Source of the DNA: Micrococcus luteus NCTC 2665
GTDB lineage: Bacteria; Actinomycetota; Actinomycetes; Actinomycetales; Micrococcaceae
Length of the DNA: 32,000 nucleotides
NCBI RefSeq assembly: GCF_000023205.1
Contig: NC_012803.1
Coordinates: forward strand, 1,920,001 to 1,952,000
Direction: 5' to 3'
The translations under genes were made by a program, and so were the position numbers. The notes under the pieces were generated by a model, which did not search any database, was not told the DNA's origin, and was given only the letters and a program-made list of their open reading frames with translations. Numbering within the stretch: the stretch's first letter is position 1; every line of letters begins with the position of its first letter. Below, in pieces: positions 17,261 to 26,111 of this stretch.

Positions 17261-18442
17261 ATGCCCGCCACCGCCGATACCCTCGCCCGCGCCACGGACG
17301 CCCTCGCCGCGGCCTTCGACGGCGGCGCCCCCGTCGAGCTGACCGCCGACGGCGCCGCGCTCCCCCGGCCCGAGGCCCGCGACCCGCGCCGCTGCGGGGA
17401 CCCGGACGCCGTCGCCGTGGTGCGCACCTCCGGGTCCACGGGCACGCCGAAGCAGATCGTCCTGACCGGCGCGGCCCTGCGCGCCTCGGCCGCGGCCACG
17501 GCCCGGCGGCTCGGCGGCGAGGGGGCGTGGCTGCTGGCCCTCGGCGTGCACTACGTGGCCGGGCTCGCCGTGCTCTCCCGCTCGATCGCGGCCGGGACCG
17601 CACCCGTGGCCCTGCCACCGGGCCCGTTCACGCCCGCGGCGTTCGCCACCGGGGCGGCCGCCCTGCCCGACAACGCCGGCCCCCGGCTCGTCTCGCTCGT
17701 CCCCACCCAGCTCGCCCGCCTCCTCGCGGCCGACGCCGACCCGGCCGGGCGGGCGGCCCTGCGTTCCTTCGACCGCGTGCTCGTGGGCGGCGCCCGGCTC
17801 GATCCCGCGCTGCGGGCCGCGGCCGAGGCGGCGGGGGTGCGCCTCACCGCCACCTACGGCATGGCCGAGACGTGCGGCGGCTGCGTCTACGACGGCGTGC
17901 CGCTGCCCGGCGTCGCCGCCGCGGTGGCCCCGGACGACCCCGACGCCCCGCCGCGCGTGCGCCTGGCCGGGCCCATGGTGGCGGCCGGCTACCTCGACGA
18001 CCCGGCCCGCACCGCCGCCCACTTCGTCACTGCCGCGGACGGCGCCCGCGCCTTCCTGACCGAGGACACGGGCGTGCTCTCCCCCACCGACGACGGCGGC
18101 GTGCGGCTGGCCGTGACCGGTCGCCTGGACGACGTCGTCATCACGGGCGGGGTGAAGGTGTCCGCGGCGGCGGTGACCGCGGTGCTCGAGGCGCACCCGG
18201 GCGTCGCGGCGGCCCACGTGGCCGGCGTGCCGGATCCCGAGTGGGGCGCCCGGCTGTGCGCCGCCGTCGTGCCCGCCCACCCGGCCGCGGCCCCCGACGA
18301 GGCCGTCCTGCGCGCCCACGTGCGCGAGGCGCTGGGTGCGGCCGCGGTGCCCAAGACGTGGCTCGTCCTCGACGCCCTGCCCCTGCTCTCCACCGGCAAG
18401 ATCGACCGGCAGGCCCTGGCCGCCCGGTTCACCGCCGGCTGA
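17261..18442 (+). CDS. menE: o-succinylbenzoate-CoA ligase (AMP-binding family)
   Basis: 393 aa. It has the AMP-binding motif VVRTSGSTGTPKQIVLT, then ...TYGMAETCGG..., and a C-terminal ...PLLSTGKIDRQAL. Its short length and its position between menB and menA fit MenE. Confidence 0.8.
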   Translation: MPATADTLARATDALAAAFDGGAPVELTADGAALPRPEARDPRRCGDPDAVAVVRTSGSTGTPKQIVLTGAALRASAAATARRLGGEGAWLLALGVHYVAGLAVLSRSIAAGTAPVALPPGPFTPAAFATGAAALPDNAGPRLVSLVPTQLARLLAADADPAGRAALRSFDRVLVGGARLDPALRAAAEAAGVRLTATYGMAETCGGCVYDGVPLPGVAAAVAPDDPDAPPRVRLAGPMVAAGYLDDPARTAAHFVTAADGARAFLTEDTGVLSPTDDGGVRLAVTGRLDDVVITGGVKVSAAAVTAVLEAHPGVAAAHVAGVPDPEWGARLCAAVVPAHPAAAPDEAVLRAHVREALGAAAVPKTWLVLDALPLLSTGKIDRQALAARFTAG

Positions 18443-18569
18443 GCGCCGCCCCGCCCGCGTGGGAGAATGACCCGGGCCCGGCCGACGTCGGGCCCCGGCC
18501 GCGCGCCGCCGTCGACCCGGCCCGCCGCGCGCCGCTGCCCACCCCGCTCCCCAGGAGGAACCCCCGCCC

Positions 18570-19442
18570 ATGGCCGCCACGCTCTCCCAGTGGGTCGCCG
18601 CCGCGCGCCTGCGCACGCTGCCCATGGCGATCGCCCCCGTGATCGTCGGTTCGGCCGCCGCCGCGGAGCTCGGCTCCTTCCACCTCGGCGCGGCGCTGCT
18701 GGCCCTCGTGGTGTCGCTCGCGCTGCAGATCGGCGTGAACTACGCCAACGACTACTCGGACGGCATCCGCGGCACCGACGACGAGCGCGTGGGCCCCTTC
18801 CGGCTCACCGTCTCCGGGCTCGTGCCCGCGGCCCAGGTGAAGCAGGCGGCCTTCGCGTCCTTCGGCCTCGCCGGACTGGCCGGCCTGGGACTCATCCTGC
18901 TCTCGGGGCACTGGTGGTTCCTGCTGGTCGGCGTCGCCTGCGTGCTGGCCGCGTGGTTCTACACCGGCGGGAAGCGGCCGTACGGGTACCTCGGCCTCGG
19001 CGAGGTGTTCGTGTTCGTGTTCTTCGGGCTGGTGGCCGTCCTCGGCACCACGTACACCCAGGCCGACGCCGTCAGCGGCCTGGCCTGGGCCGGCGCGATC
19101 GGCTGTGGGCTGATCTCCACGGCCCTGCTCATGGCCAACAACATCCGGGACATCCCCACGGACCGCGAGGTCGGGAAGATGACGCTGGCCGCCCGCCTGG
19201 GCGACGGACCCGCGCGGGCGTCCTACGGCGTCATGCTGGCCGTCGCCCTGCTGCTGCCGCTGTTCTGGGTGGCGGTGCACCCGGGGCTGCTGCTCGTGCC
19301 GATCGGCGGCCTGCTCGCGATCCGGCCGATCCGCACGGTGCTGCGCGCCGACGACCGCCGGGCGCTGATCCCGGTGCTGCGCGCGACCGGCGTGATCGGG
19401 ATCGTCTACGCGATCACGTTCACCCTCGGCGCGCTGCTCTGA
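18570..19442 (+). CDS. menA: 1,4-dihydroxy-2-naphthoate polyprenyltransferase (UbiA family)
   Basis: 290 aa. The N-terminus WVAAARLRTLPMAIAPVIVGSA is followed by NYANDYSDGIRGTD (the first Asp-rich motif) and NNIRDIPTDREVGKMTLA (the second). About 8-9 TM segments. AGGAGG lies upstream. Confidence 0.9.
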   Translation: MAATLSQWVAAARLRTLPMAIAPVIVGSAAAAELGSFHLGAALLALVVSLALQIGVNYANDYSDGIRGTDDERVGPFRLTVSGLVPAAQVKQAAFASFGLAGLAGLGLILLSGHWWFLLVGVACVLAAWFYTGGKRPYGYLGLGEVFVFVFFGLVAVLGTTYTQADAVSGLAWAGAIGCGLISTALLMANNIRDIPTDREVGKMTLAARLGDGPARASYGVMLAVALLLPLFWVAVHPGLLLVPIGGLLAIRPIRTVLRADDRRALIPVLRATGVIGIVYAITFTLGALL

Positions 19443-19493
19443 GCCGCACGGGATGACGACGGCGGCGGCATCCGCCCCGTCGCCCCGCGGGGC

Positions 19494-19769
19494 TCACTCG
19501 CGGAACCGGCCCTCGGTGTAGGCGTCCTCGGCGTCCGCGTCGGCGGTCTCGGTGCGGCCCCGGCGGCCCGGGCGGCCCTCCCACGCGGCGGACAGGTCCT
19601 CGGTGGCCCCCGTGCGCAGGCGGCCGAGGAAGAGGTAGCTGACCGCGAACGTCAGGATCGTGGCCGCGATCACCCCGAAGATCATCCCGAGGTCCATCAC
19701 GTAGTAGAACAGCGCCCACAGGGCGACGAAGACGACCACGCGGACCAGACCGTAGAAGAAGATGCGCAC
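19494..19769 (-). CDS. small two-TM membrane protein, DUF4229-like
   Basis: 91 aa with a GTG start: (M)RIFFYGLVRVVVFVALWALFYYVMDLGMIFGVIAATILTFAVSYLFLGRLR, followed by a charged tail. This type of gene commonly neighbours menA in actinobacteria (recalled from memory). Confidence 0.65.
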   Translation of the reverse strand: MRIFFYGLVRVVVFVALWALFYYVMDLGMIFGVIAATILTFAVSYLFLGRLRTGATEDLSAAWEGRPGRRGRTETADADAEDAYTEGRFRE

Positions 19770-19775
19770 CGGTCC

Positions 19776-19781
19776 ATCCTA
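19776..19781 (-). promoter_or_regulatory. -10-like hexamer TAGGAT, 6 nt upstream of the GTG start (19769); leaderless-type promoter candidate
   Basis: The plus strand reads atccta, which is TAGGAT on the minus strand. The spacer is ggaccg, followed by GTG. Confidence 0.4.
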
Positions 19782-19822
19782 CGAGGAAGGACGCCCCGCC
19801 CGCCGACCGCCCAGCCCGCGCC

Positions 19823-19828
19823 TAGACT
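19823..19828 (+). promoter_or_regulatory. -10-like hexamer TAGACT, 6 nt upstream of the ATG (19835); leaderless-type promoter candidate
   Basis: The sequence reads gcgccTAGACTggaaggATG. Confidence 0.4.
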
Positions 19829-19834
19829 GGAAGG

Positions 19835-20239
19835 ATGGGCCGCTTCATCATCCCCGCCGCGATCATCCTCGCGGGCCTGACCCTCTACGCGCTGTTCGAG
19901 GCGCTGCTGACCCCCGCCCGCGAGGTGCGCAGCCTGCCGAAGGCGGCGTGGGTGGCGGTCATCGTGCTCGTGCCGCTCGTGGGGCCGCTGCTGTGGCTGC
20001 TGCTCGGCCGCGCCCGCCCGGCCGGCGCGGCCGGCCGCCCGGCGCCCCGGCCCACCGGGGCCCCGGACGACGACGAGGCGTTCCTGCGCAGCCTGCGCAT
20101 GCAGCGCCGCCAGGACGCCCGCGAGCAGGACCTGGACCGCCGCGAGGCCGAGCTACGCGCCCGCGAGGAGGAGCTGCGCCGTCGTCGGGAGCAGGGCGAC
20201 GACGACGCCGACCCGGACGGCGACGGCCCGCGCGCCTGA
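19835..20239 (+). CDS. small membrane protein with a PLDc_N-type (cardiolipin synthase N-terminal-like) two-TM domain and a charged coiled tail
   Basis: 134 aa. The membrane part reads MGRFIIPAAIILAGLTLYALFEALLTPAREVRSLPKAAWVAVIVLVPLVGPLLWLLLGR. The Arg/Glu/Asp-rich C-terminus reads ...QDLDRREAELRAREEELRRRREQGDDDAD. Confidence 0.65.
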   Translation: MGRFIIPAAIILAGLTLYALFEALLTPAREVRSLPKAAWVAVIVLVPLVGPLLWLLLGRARPAGAAGRPAPRPTGAPDDDEAFLRSLRMQRRQDAREQDLDRREAELRAREEELRRRREQGDDDADPDGDGPRA

Positions 20240-20254
20240 GGGGCCCCGCCGGAC

Positions 20255-21355
20255 TCAGCCGGGCAGACCCGCGTACGAGTGCAGGCCCGGGAAGTACGTG
20301 TTCACGATCGTGTAGTTGAACACGATGCACAGGAAGCCCACGATGCTCAGCCAGGCCGCGCGGGCGCCGGTCCAGCCGCGGGTGGCGCGGGCGTGCAGGT
20401 ACGCCGCGTAGACCACCCAGATGACGAAGGACCAGACCTCCTTGGTGTCCCAGTTCCAGTACCGGCCCCACGCGGCTTCGGCCCAGATGGCGCCGGCGAT
20501 CACGGTGAACGTCCACATCACGAAGGCGATCGCGTTGAGGCGGTAGGACCAGTTCTCCAGCCCCTGCGCGGCCGGCACGAGGCGCAGGAACGCCCACGAG
20601 CGCTCGCCCGCCGCGGCGCGCTTCTCCGCACGGTCCTGCAGCAGCTGCAGCACGGACATCGCCGCGGTCAGCGCGAACAGCGAGCTGGCGAGCACGGCGA
20701 TGGACACGTGGATGACGAGCCACGGCGACTGCAGCGGCGGCTGGAGGTGGCCCACCGGCGTCGGGAAGCCCATGGTGGCCGCGCACATCATGGCCACCAC
20801 GAGACCGGTGACGAACGTGCCCACGAAGCGCAGGTCCTTGCGGAAGAGGAACAGCAGGTAGACGGTCGTGATCACGAGCGCGCCCGTGGTCATGAACTCG
20901 TACAGGTTGCCCCACGGCACGCGGGAGGCGGCGAGGCCGCGGGCGACGACGGCGAACGCGTGCAGCGCCCAGCCGACGGCCAGCACGGCCACGGCCACGT
21001 TGGCGACCGGGCGGCGGCCGCCGCCCGTGTAGTCCATGTCCTCGTCCACGAGGTCACCGTCCGCGTCGACGCCGGGCTCGGCGGCGGCGGCCGGCCGGGC
21101 CGTGTCGGAGTCGCTCGCGCCGACCGCCGTGGACCCGCCGACGGCGACCCCCACGGTCTCGTGGGCCGGAGCGGTGCGCACCTGCCCGCGCTGGGCCGCG
21201 AGGTCGGCCTCGAGGCGGCGGATGGTGGCCGAGGCGGTGGCCATGTCGATGGTGAACAGGATGAACGCCGCCGCGTACACGAGCGCGGCGATGAGCATGA
21301 AGAGGTCGCTGTACAGCGCCAGCTGCTCGTTCACGGGGGCCGTGGGGTTGAACAC
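20255..21355 (-). CDS. ccsA: cytochrome c biogenesis (System II) heme-handling protein CcsA/ResC
   Basis: 366 aa from the GTG at 21355 (VFNPTAPVNEQLALYSD...). It has a Trp-rich WWD-type motif, WAEAAWGRYWNWDTKEVWSFVIW, and conserved His residues. AGGAG lies upstream. The start lies 2 nt downstream of the resB stop codon (TGA 21358-21360). Confidence 0.88.
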   Translation of the reverse strand: MFNPTAPVNEQLALYSDLFMLIAALVYAAAFILFTIDMATASATIRRLEADLAAQRGQVRTAPAHETVGVAVGGSTAVGASDSDTARPAAAAEPGVDADGDLVDEDMDYTGGGRRPVANVAVAVLAVGWALHAFAVVARGLAASRVPWGNLYEFMTTGALVITTVYLLFLFRKDLRFVGTFVTGLVVAMMCAATMGFPTPVGHLQPPLQSPWLVIHVSIAVLASSLFALTAAMSVLQLLQDRAEKRAAAGERSWAFLRLVPAAQGLENWSYRLNAIAFVMWTFTVIAGAIWAEAAWGRYWNWDTKEVWSFVIWVVYAAYLHARATRGWTGARAAWLSIVGFLCIVFNYTIVNTYFPGLHSYAGLPG

Positions 21356-21357
21356 TG

Positions 21358-23070
21358 TCAGTCTCCTGATCGGGCGTCGGCGGGGCCGGCGGGGGTCTCG
21401 GGGGTGGTGGAGGTGGACTGGGGGGCGGCACCGGCCGCGGCGTCGTCGGCCGTCTCGGTGGCGGCGACGATGGGCCACCACTTCTCCATGGCGGCGCGCA
21501 GGGCCACGTGCTCCTCGTGGAGGCCGAACTCCTCGCCGCGGGCGAGCAGCGCGTACTCCACGCGGGTGCGGCCGTCGTCGTCGGTGCGGGCGCGCACCCA
21601 CACGCGGCGGCGGCGGACGAACAGACTGATCGCCAGGCCGAGCAGGGCGGTGCCGGCGAACACGCCGACGCCCCACTTGCCCGGGTCGTAGTGGATGTCC
21701 AGGCCGACGTAGCGGCGGACGCCGTCGAAGCTGATGGAGCCCTTGCCCTCGGGCAGCTCGTACGTCTGGCCCGGGCTGAGCACGATGCCGCCGTTCTCGT
21801 TGGTGCGGCTGTTGAGCTCGGTGAGGGATGCGGTGTCCAGCACGTACACGTTCTGCGGGCGGCCGGTGTCCAGGCCGAGGTCCCCGTAGTACGAGTTCAG
21901 CTGCAGCTCCGGGTTGAGCAGCTCGGGGTCCGCGGAGAACGCGGCGCCTTCCTCGTCCTCCACCGCCGAGGGCAGGAAGAAGCCGACGAAGCCCAGCTGG
22001 TCCGGCCGCGCGTCGGGGACCTTGATGGTGGCCTGCGAGCCGTAGTTCTGGTCGAACACGCGGGTGACCACGGGGCCCTGGAAGGCCACGTCCCCGGCGC
22101 CGTCGCGGATGGTCACCACGGGCGCGTAGCCGTTGCCCACGAGGTAGACGCGCACGCCGTCGATGCTCAGCGGGTGGTTGACCTTGAGGATCCGCTGCTC
22201 CGGCTCGCCGCCGGCGCCCTGCCGGACCTGCATGACCGCGGTGTAATCCAGCGGCTGGCCGTAGTGGGTCTCGGACTCCCGCTCGAACACGGCGTCGAAC
22301 GAGTCCAGGGTGAGGGAGAACGGCTGCAGGGTGTCCGCGCTGAAGTATGCACCGGGGGTGAAGGAGTCGTAGGCGACGAGGTTGTTGGCGAAGCCCTCCC
22401 CCTCCACGATGATCTTCTGCCCCGTGTACTTGGTCATCCCGCCGTAGGCCATGAACACGAGCACGCCGATCAGGGAGAGGTGGAACAGGATGTTGCCGAT
22501 CTCGCGCAGGTATCCGCGCTCGGCGCCCACGGACGCGCCGCCGGCCTCGGGGCGGTGCTCCACGCGGTAGCGGCGCTTGCGCAGCCACGCCTGGGCTCTG
22601 GCCACGGCCTCCTCGGGGCTCGGGCCGCCCTCCTCGAGGACGACGACGCCGGAGGCCGGCAGGCGCGTCAGGTTGCGGGGGGTGCGGGCCGGGGGCTGGC
22701 GCAGGGCCTTGGCGTGCTGGATGGCGCGCGGCCACACGCAGCCCACGAGGGAGACGAACAGCAGCAGGTAGATGGCCGAGAACCAGACGGAGTTGTAGAC
22801 GTCGAAGAACTGCAGGGCGTCCAGGACGGGGCCCCACACGGGGTTGTCCTCGATCCACTGGTCCACGATCTCGGGGCCGGCACGGCGCTGGGGCACGAGG
22901 GAGCCGGGCACGGCGGCGACGGCGAGCAGGAGCAGCAGCATGAGCGCGGTGCTCATGCTGGTCAGCTGGGTCCAGATCCAGCGCAGGGTGCCCGCCAGGC
23001 CGAGGCGCGGCAGGGTGACGGGCTCGGAGCGCGTCCGGGCGGCCTTGGAGCTCACAGGGGCATCTCCCAT
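21358..23070 (-). CDS. resB: cytochrome c biogenesis protein ResB/CcsB
   Basis: The N-terminus reads ...[34 protein letters not shown], followed by a large extracytoplasmic domain and C-terminal TM segments. The start is ambiguous. The ATG at 23070 would overlap ccdA by 19 nt. The GTG at 23055 would form a GTGA overlap with the ccdA stop. Confidence 0.85.
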   Translation of the reverse strand: MGDAPVSSKAARTRSEPVTLPRLGLAGTLRWIWTQLTSMSTALMLLLLLAVAAVPGSLVPQRRAGPEIVDQWIEDNPVWGPVLDALQFFDVYNSVWFSAIYLLLFVSLVGCVWPRAIQHAKALRQPPARTPRNLTRLPASGVVVLEEGGPSPEEAVARAQAWLRKRRYRVEHRPEAGGASVGAERGYLREIGNILFHLSLIGVLVFMAYGGMTKYTGQKIIVEGEGFANNLVAYDSFTPGAYFSADTLQPFSLTLDSFDAVFERESETHYGQPLDYTAVMQVRQGAGGEPEQRILKVNHPLSIDGVRVYLVGNGYAPVVTIRDGAGDVAFQGPVVTRVFDQNYGSQATIKVPDARPDQLGFVGFFLPSAVEDEEGAAFSADPELLNPELQLNSYYGDLGLDTGRPQNVYVLDTASLTELNSRTNENGGIVLSPGQTYELPEGKGSISFDGVRRYVGLDIHYDPGKWGVGVFAGTALLGLAISLFVRRRRVWVRARTDDDGRTRVEYALLARGEEFGLHEEHVALRAAMEKWWPIVAATETADDAAAGAAPQSTSTTPETPAGPADARSGD

Positions 23071-23822
23071 TCGTTGGCGAACCACAGCTGCAGCTGCGTG
23101 GTCCAGGCGGTCCAGACGCCGGTGACCATGAGCAGGCCCAGCGCGATCAGCAGGGCGCCGCCGAGGCGCATGATCAGCACGCGATGCCGCGTGAAGAACC
23201 CGACCGCCCGCATGCCGCGCTCCATGCCGACGGCGATGAGCACGAACGGCACGCCGAGGCCCAGGCAGTACAGGAACGCCAGGAGCGCCCCGCGCCCGAG
23301 CGAGCCGGAGCCCACGGTGGACATGGCGAGCACGGCCGCCATGGTCGGGCCGATGCACGGGGCCCACCCCAGGCCGAAGGTCATGCCGAGCAGCGGCGCC
23401 CCGGCCAGGCCGGCGGCGGGCTTGAGGTGGAGGCGACGCTCCTGTTGGAGGCGTCCGCCGCCGCCCATGAACACCAGACCCATGAGCGCCACGAGCACGC
23501 CGAGCAGGCGGGTGACCCACTGGCCGTCCCGCTGCAGCCACACCATGGCCTGCGTGAAGACCACGCTGATCGCCACGAACACCACGGCGAAGCCGAGCAC
23601 GAACAGCACGGCGCCGAGCACGAGACGGCCGCGGCGCCGGGTGGTGAGCACGTCCCCGCCCAGGCCCGTGACATACCCGAGCCAGCCGGGCACGAGCGGC
23701 AGGACGCACGGCGAGAGGAAGGAGATGAGCCCGGCGAGCAGGGCGATCGGGGCCGCGAGCAGCAGTGAGCCGTCCAGCGCGATCTCGGCGAAGGGATTGT
23801 TCCGCATGGACACGGCGGCCAC
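23052..23822 (-). CDS. ccdA: cytochrome c biogenesis thiol:disulfide electron transporter CcdA (DsbD-beta-type)
   Basis: 256 aa, about 6 TM segments. Conserved Cys motifs are [17 protein letters not shown] and GWAPCIGP. The GTG at 23822 directly follows the upstream stop (TGA-GTG); an alternative ATG lies at 23807. Confidence 0.88.
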   Translation of the reverse strand: MAAVSMRNNPFAEIALDGSLLLAAPIALLAGLISFLSPCVLPLVPGWLGYVTGLGGDVLTTRRRGRLVLGAVLFVLGFAVVFVAISVVFTQAMVWLQRDGQWVTRLLGVLVALMGLVFMGGGGRLQQERRLHLKPAAGLAGAPLLGMTFGLGWAPCIGPTMAAVLAMSTVGSGSLGRGALLAFLYCLGLGVPFVLIAVGMERGMRAVGFFTRHRVLIMRLGGALLIALGLLMVTGVWTAWTTQLQLWFANEWEMPL

Positions 23823-24434
23823 TCAGGCCGCGGCCTCGTCCACCACGGTGGTCAGCAGCGCGCGCAGGGTGGACTCCTCCACCGCACCGAGCACCCGCGC
23901 GGCCACGCGCCCCTGCGCGTCCAGGACGAGGGTGGAGGGCACGGCCTGCGGCGGCACGTGGTCGGTCATGTTCAGCAGGACCTCGCCGCGGGCGTCCTCG
24001 ACGGACGGGTACGGAATCTCGAAGGTCCGCTCGAAGGCCTGCGCCGTGGTGGCGGTGTCCCGCACGTTCACGCCGAGGAACCGGACGCCCTGCGGCTCGA
24101 ACTGCTCGTGCAGGGCCACGAGATGGGGGGCCTCCACGCGGCACGGGGCGCACGCGGCGTACCAGAAGTTCAGCAGGGCCGGGGCGCCGCGCAGGCTCGC
24201 GCCGGTCACGGGGCTGCCGTCGAAGAGCTCGGCGGCGAACTCGACGGGGGCGCCGCGCTCCTCCGGGGCGATCTCCAGCACCGAGCCGTCTCCGGCGATG
24301 TAGTTCTTGCCGTCCGCGTTGCCGGCCTGCCGCGTCAGGGAGTCGTCCCCCGAACACGCCGCGAGGACGGGCGCGAGACCGGCCAGCGAGAGGCCGGTCA
24401 GCACGGTGCGACGGGACGGGCGGGGGGTCTGCAT
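23823..24434 (-). CDS. secreted/lipoprotein thioredoxin-fold thiol-disulfide oxidoreductase (ResA/TlpA-like)
   Basis: 203 aa. The N-terminus MQTPRPSRRTVLTGLSLAGLAPVLAAC looks like a twin-Arg-like signal plus a lipobox Cys. The thioredoxin active site is NFWYAACAPCRVEAPHL (CxxC). GGAGGG lies upstream of the ATG. Confidence 0.85.
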   Translation of the reverse strand: MQTPRPSRRTVLTGLSLAGLAPVLAACSGDDSLTRQAGNADGKNYIAGDGSVLEIAPEERGAPVEFAAELFDGSPVTGASLRGAPALLNFWYAACAPCRVEAPHLVALHEQFEPQGVRFLGVNVRDTATTAQAFERTFEIPYPSVEDARGEVLLNMTDHVPPQAVPSTLVLDAQGRVAARVLGAVEESTLRALLTTVVDEAAA

Positions 24435-24486
24435 GGCGGGCTACCCTCCAGCGGGACGCGCGGGGTTGGATTCCGGGGACCTGTGG

Positions 24487-24492
24487 AGTCTA
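24487..24492 (-). promoter_or_regulatory. -10-like hexamer TAGACT about 50 nt upstream of the resA-like start; candidate promoter of the ccs operon
   Basis: The plus strand reads agtcta, which is TAGACT on the minus strand. It lies in an AT-richer patch of the 145-bp gap. A Shine-Dalgarno sequence follows downstream. Confidence 0.3.
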
Positions 24493-24579
24493 CTGTCCGC
24501 CCCGCATTCTGACTGAACCCTGGACGTCACACCCCCCACCTCGTGGGGGCCTGGGACGGCGCCGTCGACGCCGGCCGTC

Positions 24580-25254
24580 TCAGGCGCCCGGCAGGGAGGA
24601 GGCGTCCTTGAGCAGGGCCTGGTTCGGCTCGTGGTACTCGACGCGCGGCACCCCGCGCCCCTCCTCGTACACGAGCGAGGTCACGGAGGTCAGCGAGCAC
24701 TCGCGGCGGCGCGGGTCGTGCCACAGCGGACGGCCCTCGACGGCCAGGCGCGTCACCCAGATCGGCAGCTGGTGCGAGACGAGCACGGACTCGGCGCCGG
24801 GCCCGTCGGCGGCCACGGCCTCGCCGCGGAGCCGGTCGACGACGGCCAGCATCCGGGCGGCCTGCGCGCGGTACGGCTCGCCCCAGGACGGGCGCAGGGG
24901 ATTGCGCAGCCGGGGCCACAGCCGCGGGTTCCGCTTCAGCGACGCCGCCACCTGGGACATGCCCTCGAAGGCGTTCTCCGCCTCGATCAGGTCGGGCTCG
25001 GTGACCAGCGGCAGGTCGAACGCGGCCGCGATGGGCGCGGCGGTCTGCTGCGCGCGGGTCAGCGGGGAGGCGGCGACGGCGGCGGGCGCCCGACCGGACT
25101 GCGCGGCGCGCTCCGCGAACCACGCGGCCACGCCCCGGGCCATCTCGTGGCCGAGCTCCGAGAGCCCGAACTCCGGCAGGCGGCCGTAGAGGACACGATC
25201 GGGGTTGTGGACTTCTCCGTGGCGGACCAGGTGGACGGTGGCGAGCGTCTGCAT
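24580..25254 (-). CDS. histidine phosphatase family protein (phosphoglycerate mutase-like)
   Basis: 224 aa from the ATG at 25254. The sequence MQTLATVHLVRHGEVHNPDRVLYGRLPEFGLSELG contains the RHG catalytic motif, and a later SHQLPI supplies the second His. The track ORF extends upstream as an Arg/Gly-rich artefact. Confidence 0.8.
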   Translation of the reverse strand: MQTLATVHLVRHGEVHNPDRVLYGRLPEFGLSELGHEMARGVAAWFAERAAQSGRAPAAVAASPLTRAQQTAAPIAAAFDLPLVTEPDLIEAENAFEGMSQVAASLKRNPRLWPRLRNPLRPSWGEPYRAQAARMLAVVDRLRGEAVAADGPGAESVLVSHQLPIWVTRLAVEGRPLWHDPRRRECSLTSVTSLVYEEGRGVPRVEYHEPNQALLKDASSLPGA

Positions 25255-25379
25255 GGGGCCAGTCTGGCAGAGGCGGACCGGTGGCCCCGGCGGTAGCGTG
25301 GGGCACAGCTCGGCGCGACCGCGCCGCCACCCCCGTCCGCACCGAGACGCCGCGAGCGTCGGCGTCGCTAGGAGGCCCC

Positions 25380-26105
25380 ATGTCCGGCACCTCGCCCACC
25401 GATCCCCACGGCAGCCAGAACCCGTACGGCGCCGCCCCGCAGGGGCCGACCCCGAGCTCCCCTGACCCGGCGGGCGCGAGCCCGTACGGCCAGAACCCCT
25501 ACGGCGCACCGCCGGCGGCTCCGTACGGCGCCCCGGGCCAGGCGGGGATGCCCCAGGCCCCCTCCCCCCACGGCCCCGCCGGCTGGCAGTCTCCCGGCCC
25601 GGTCGAGCTGCCCCCGCGGCCGCGCTCCCTGACGGCCGCGTTCTGGCTGATCGTCTCGGGCGGCCTCCTGCTGCTGGCGACGACCCTGCTGGCGGCCTTC
25701 GCCATCACCCAGCCGGAGGGCCAGGCCGCGATCCAGCAGGAGCTGGACCGGTCCGTCGAACAGATGAATCTGCCCGCCGACCAGGCGGAGCAGATGCGCA
25801 CCATGATGGACGGGATGCTCCCGGCCCTCGCCACGACGGCGGCCGTGTTCGGCGTGCTCGCGTTCCTCGTCTACCTGTGGGTGGCGTTCGCGATCCGCGG
25901 CGGCTCGCGCGCCGCGCGCATCGTCGGAACGGTGCTGGCGTCCCTGTCCGTGCTGGTGCTGGTCTCCAACGCCGTGATGGGGGCGTTCAGCCCGCTGGAC
26001 CTCGTGTGGGTGGGTCTCGGCGTCGCCGGCATCGTGCTCGCCTACCGCCCGGACGCCACGGAGTACATGCGGCTGAAGGCCTGGCAGCGCTTCGCGCGCC
26101 GCTGA
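25380..26105 (+). CDS. hypothetical membrane protein with a Pro/Gly/Tyr-rich repetitive N-terminus
   Basis: 241 aa from the ATG at 25380, with AGGAGG 6 nt upstream. The N-terminus reads MSGTSPTDPHGSQNPYGAAPQGPTPSSPDPAGASPYGQNPYGAPPAAPYGAPGQ... It is followed by about 4 hydrophobic segments. No family recognised. Confidence 0.6.
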   Translation: MSGTSPTDPHGSQNPYGAAPQGPTPSSPDPAGASPYGQNPYGAPPAAPYGAPGQAGMPQAPSPHGPAGWQSPGPVELPPRPRSLTAAFWLIVSGGLLLLATTLLAAFAITQPEGQAAIQQELDRSVEQMNLPADQAEQMRTMMDGMLPALATTAAVFGVLAFLVYLWVAFAIRGGSRAARIVGTVLASLSVLVLVSNAVMGAFSPLDLVWVGLGVAGIVLAYRPDATEYMRLKAWQRFARR

Positions 26106-26111
26106 GCCCGC

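Noticed and set aside
19440-19497. Nested imperfect inverted repeats between the convergent menA and DUF4229-like stop codons (tgagccgc...gcggggctca, gacgacgg...ccgtcgcc, gccccgcggggc).
   Set aside because: The region probably acts as a convergent terminator, but the stems are short and mismatched. I could not settle on one structure, so it is not listed as a feature.
21000-21250. An Ala/Asp/Gly-rich ~70-aa loop in the N-terminal part of CcsA (…RRLEADLAAQRGQVRTAPAHETVGV…VDEDMDYTGGGRR…), considered as an unusual insertion.
   Set aside because: Actinobacterial CcsA proteins, as I recall them, commonly carry a variable low-complexity loop after the first TM segment. Without an alignment I cannot call it unusual.
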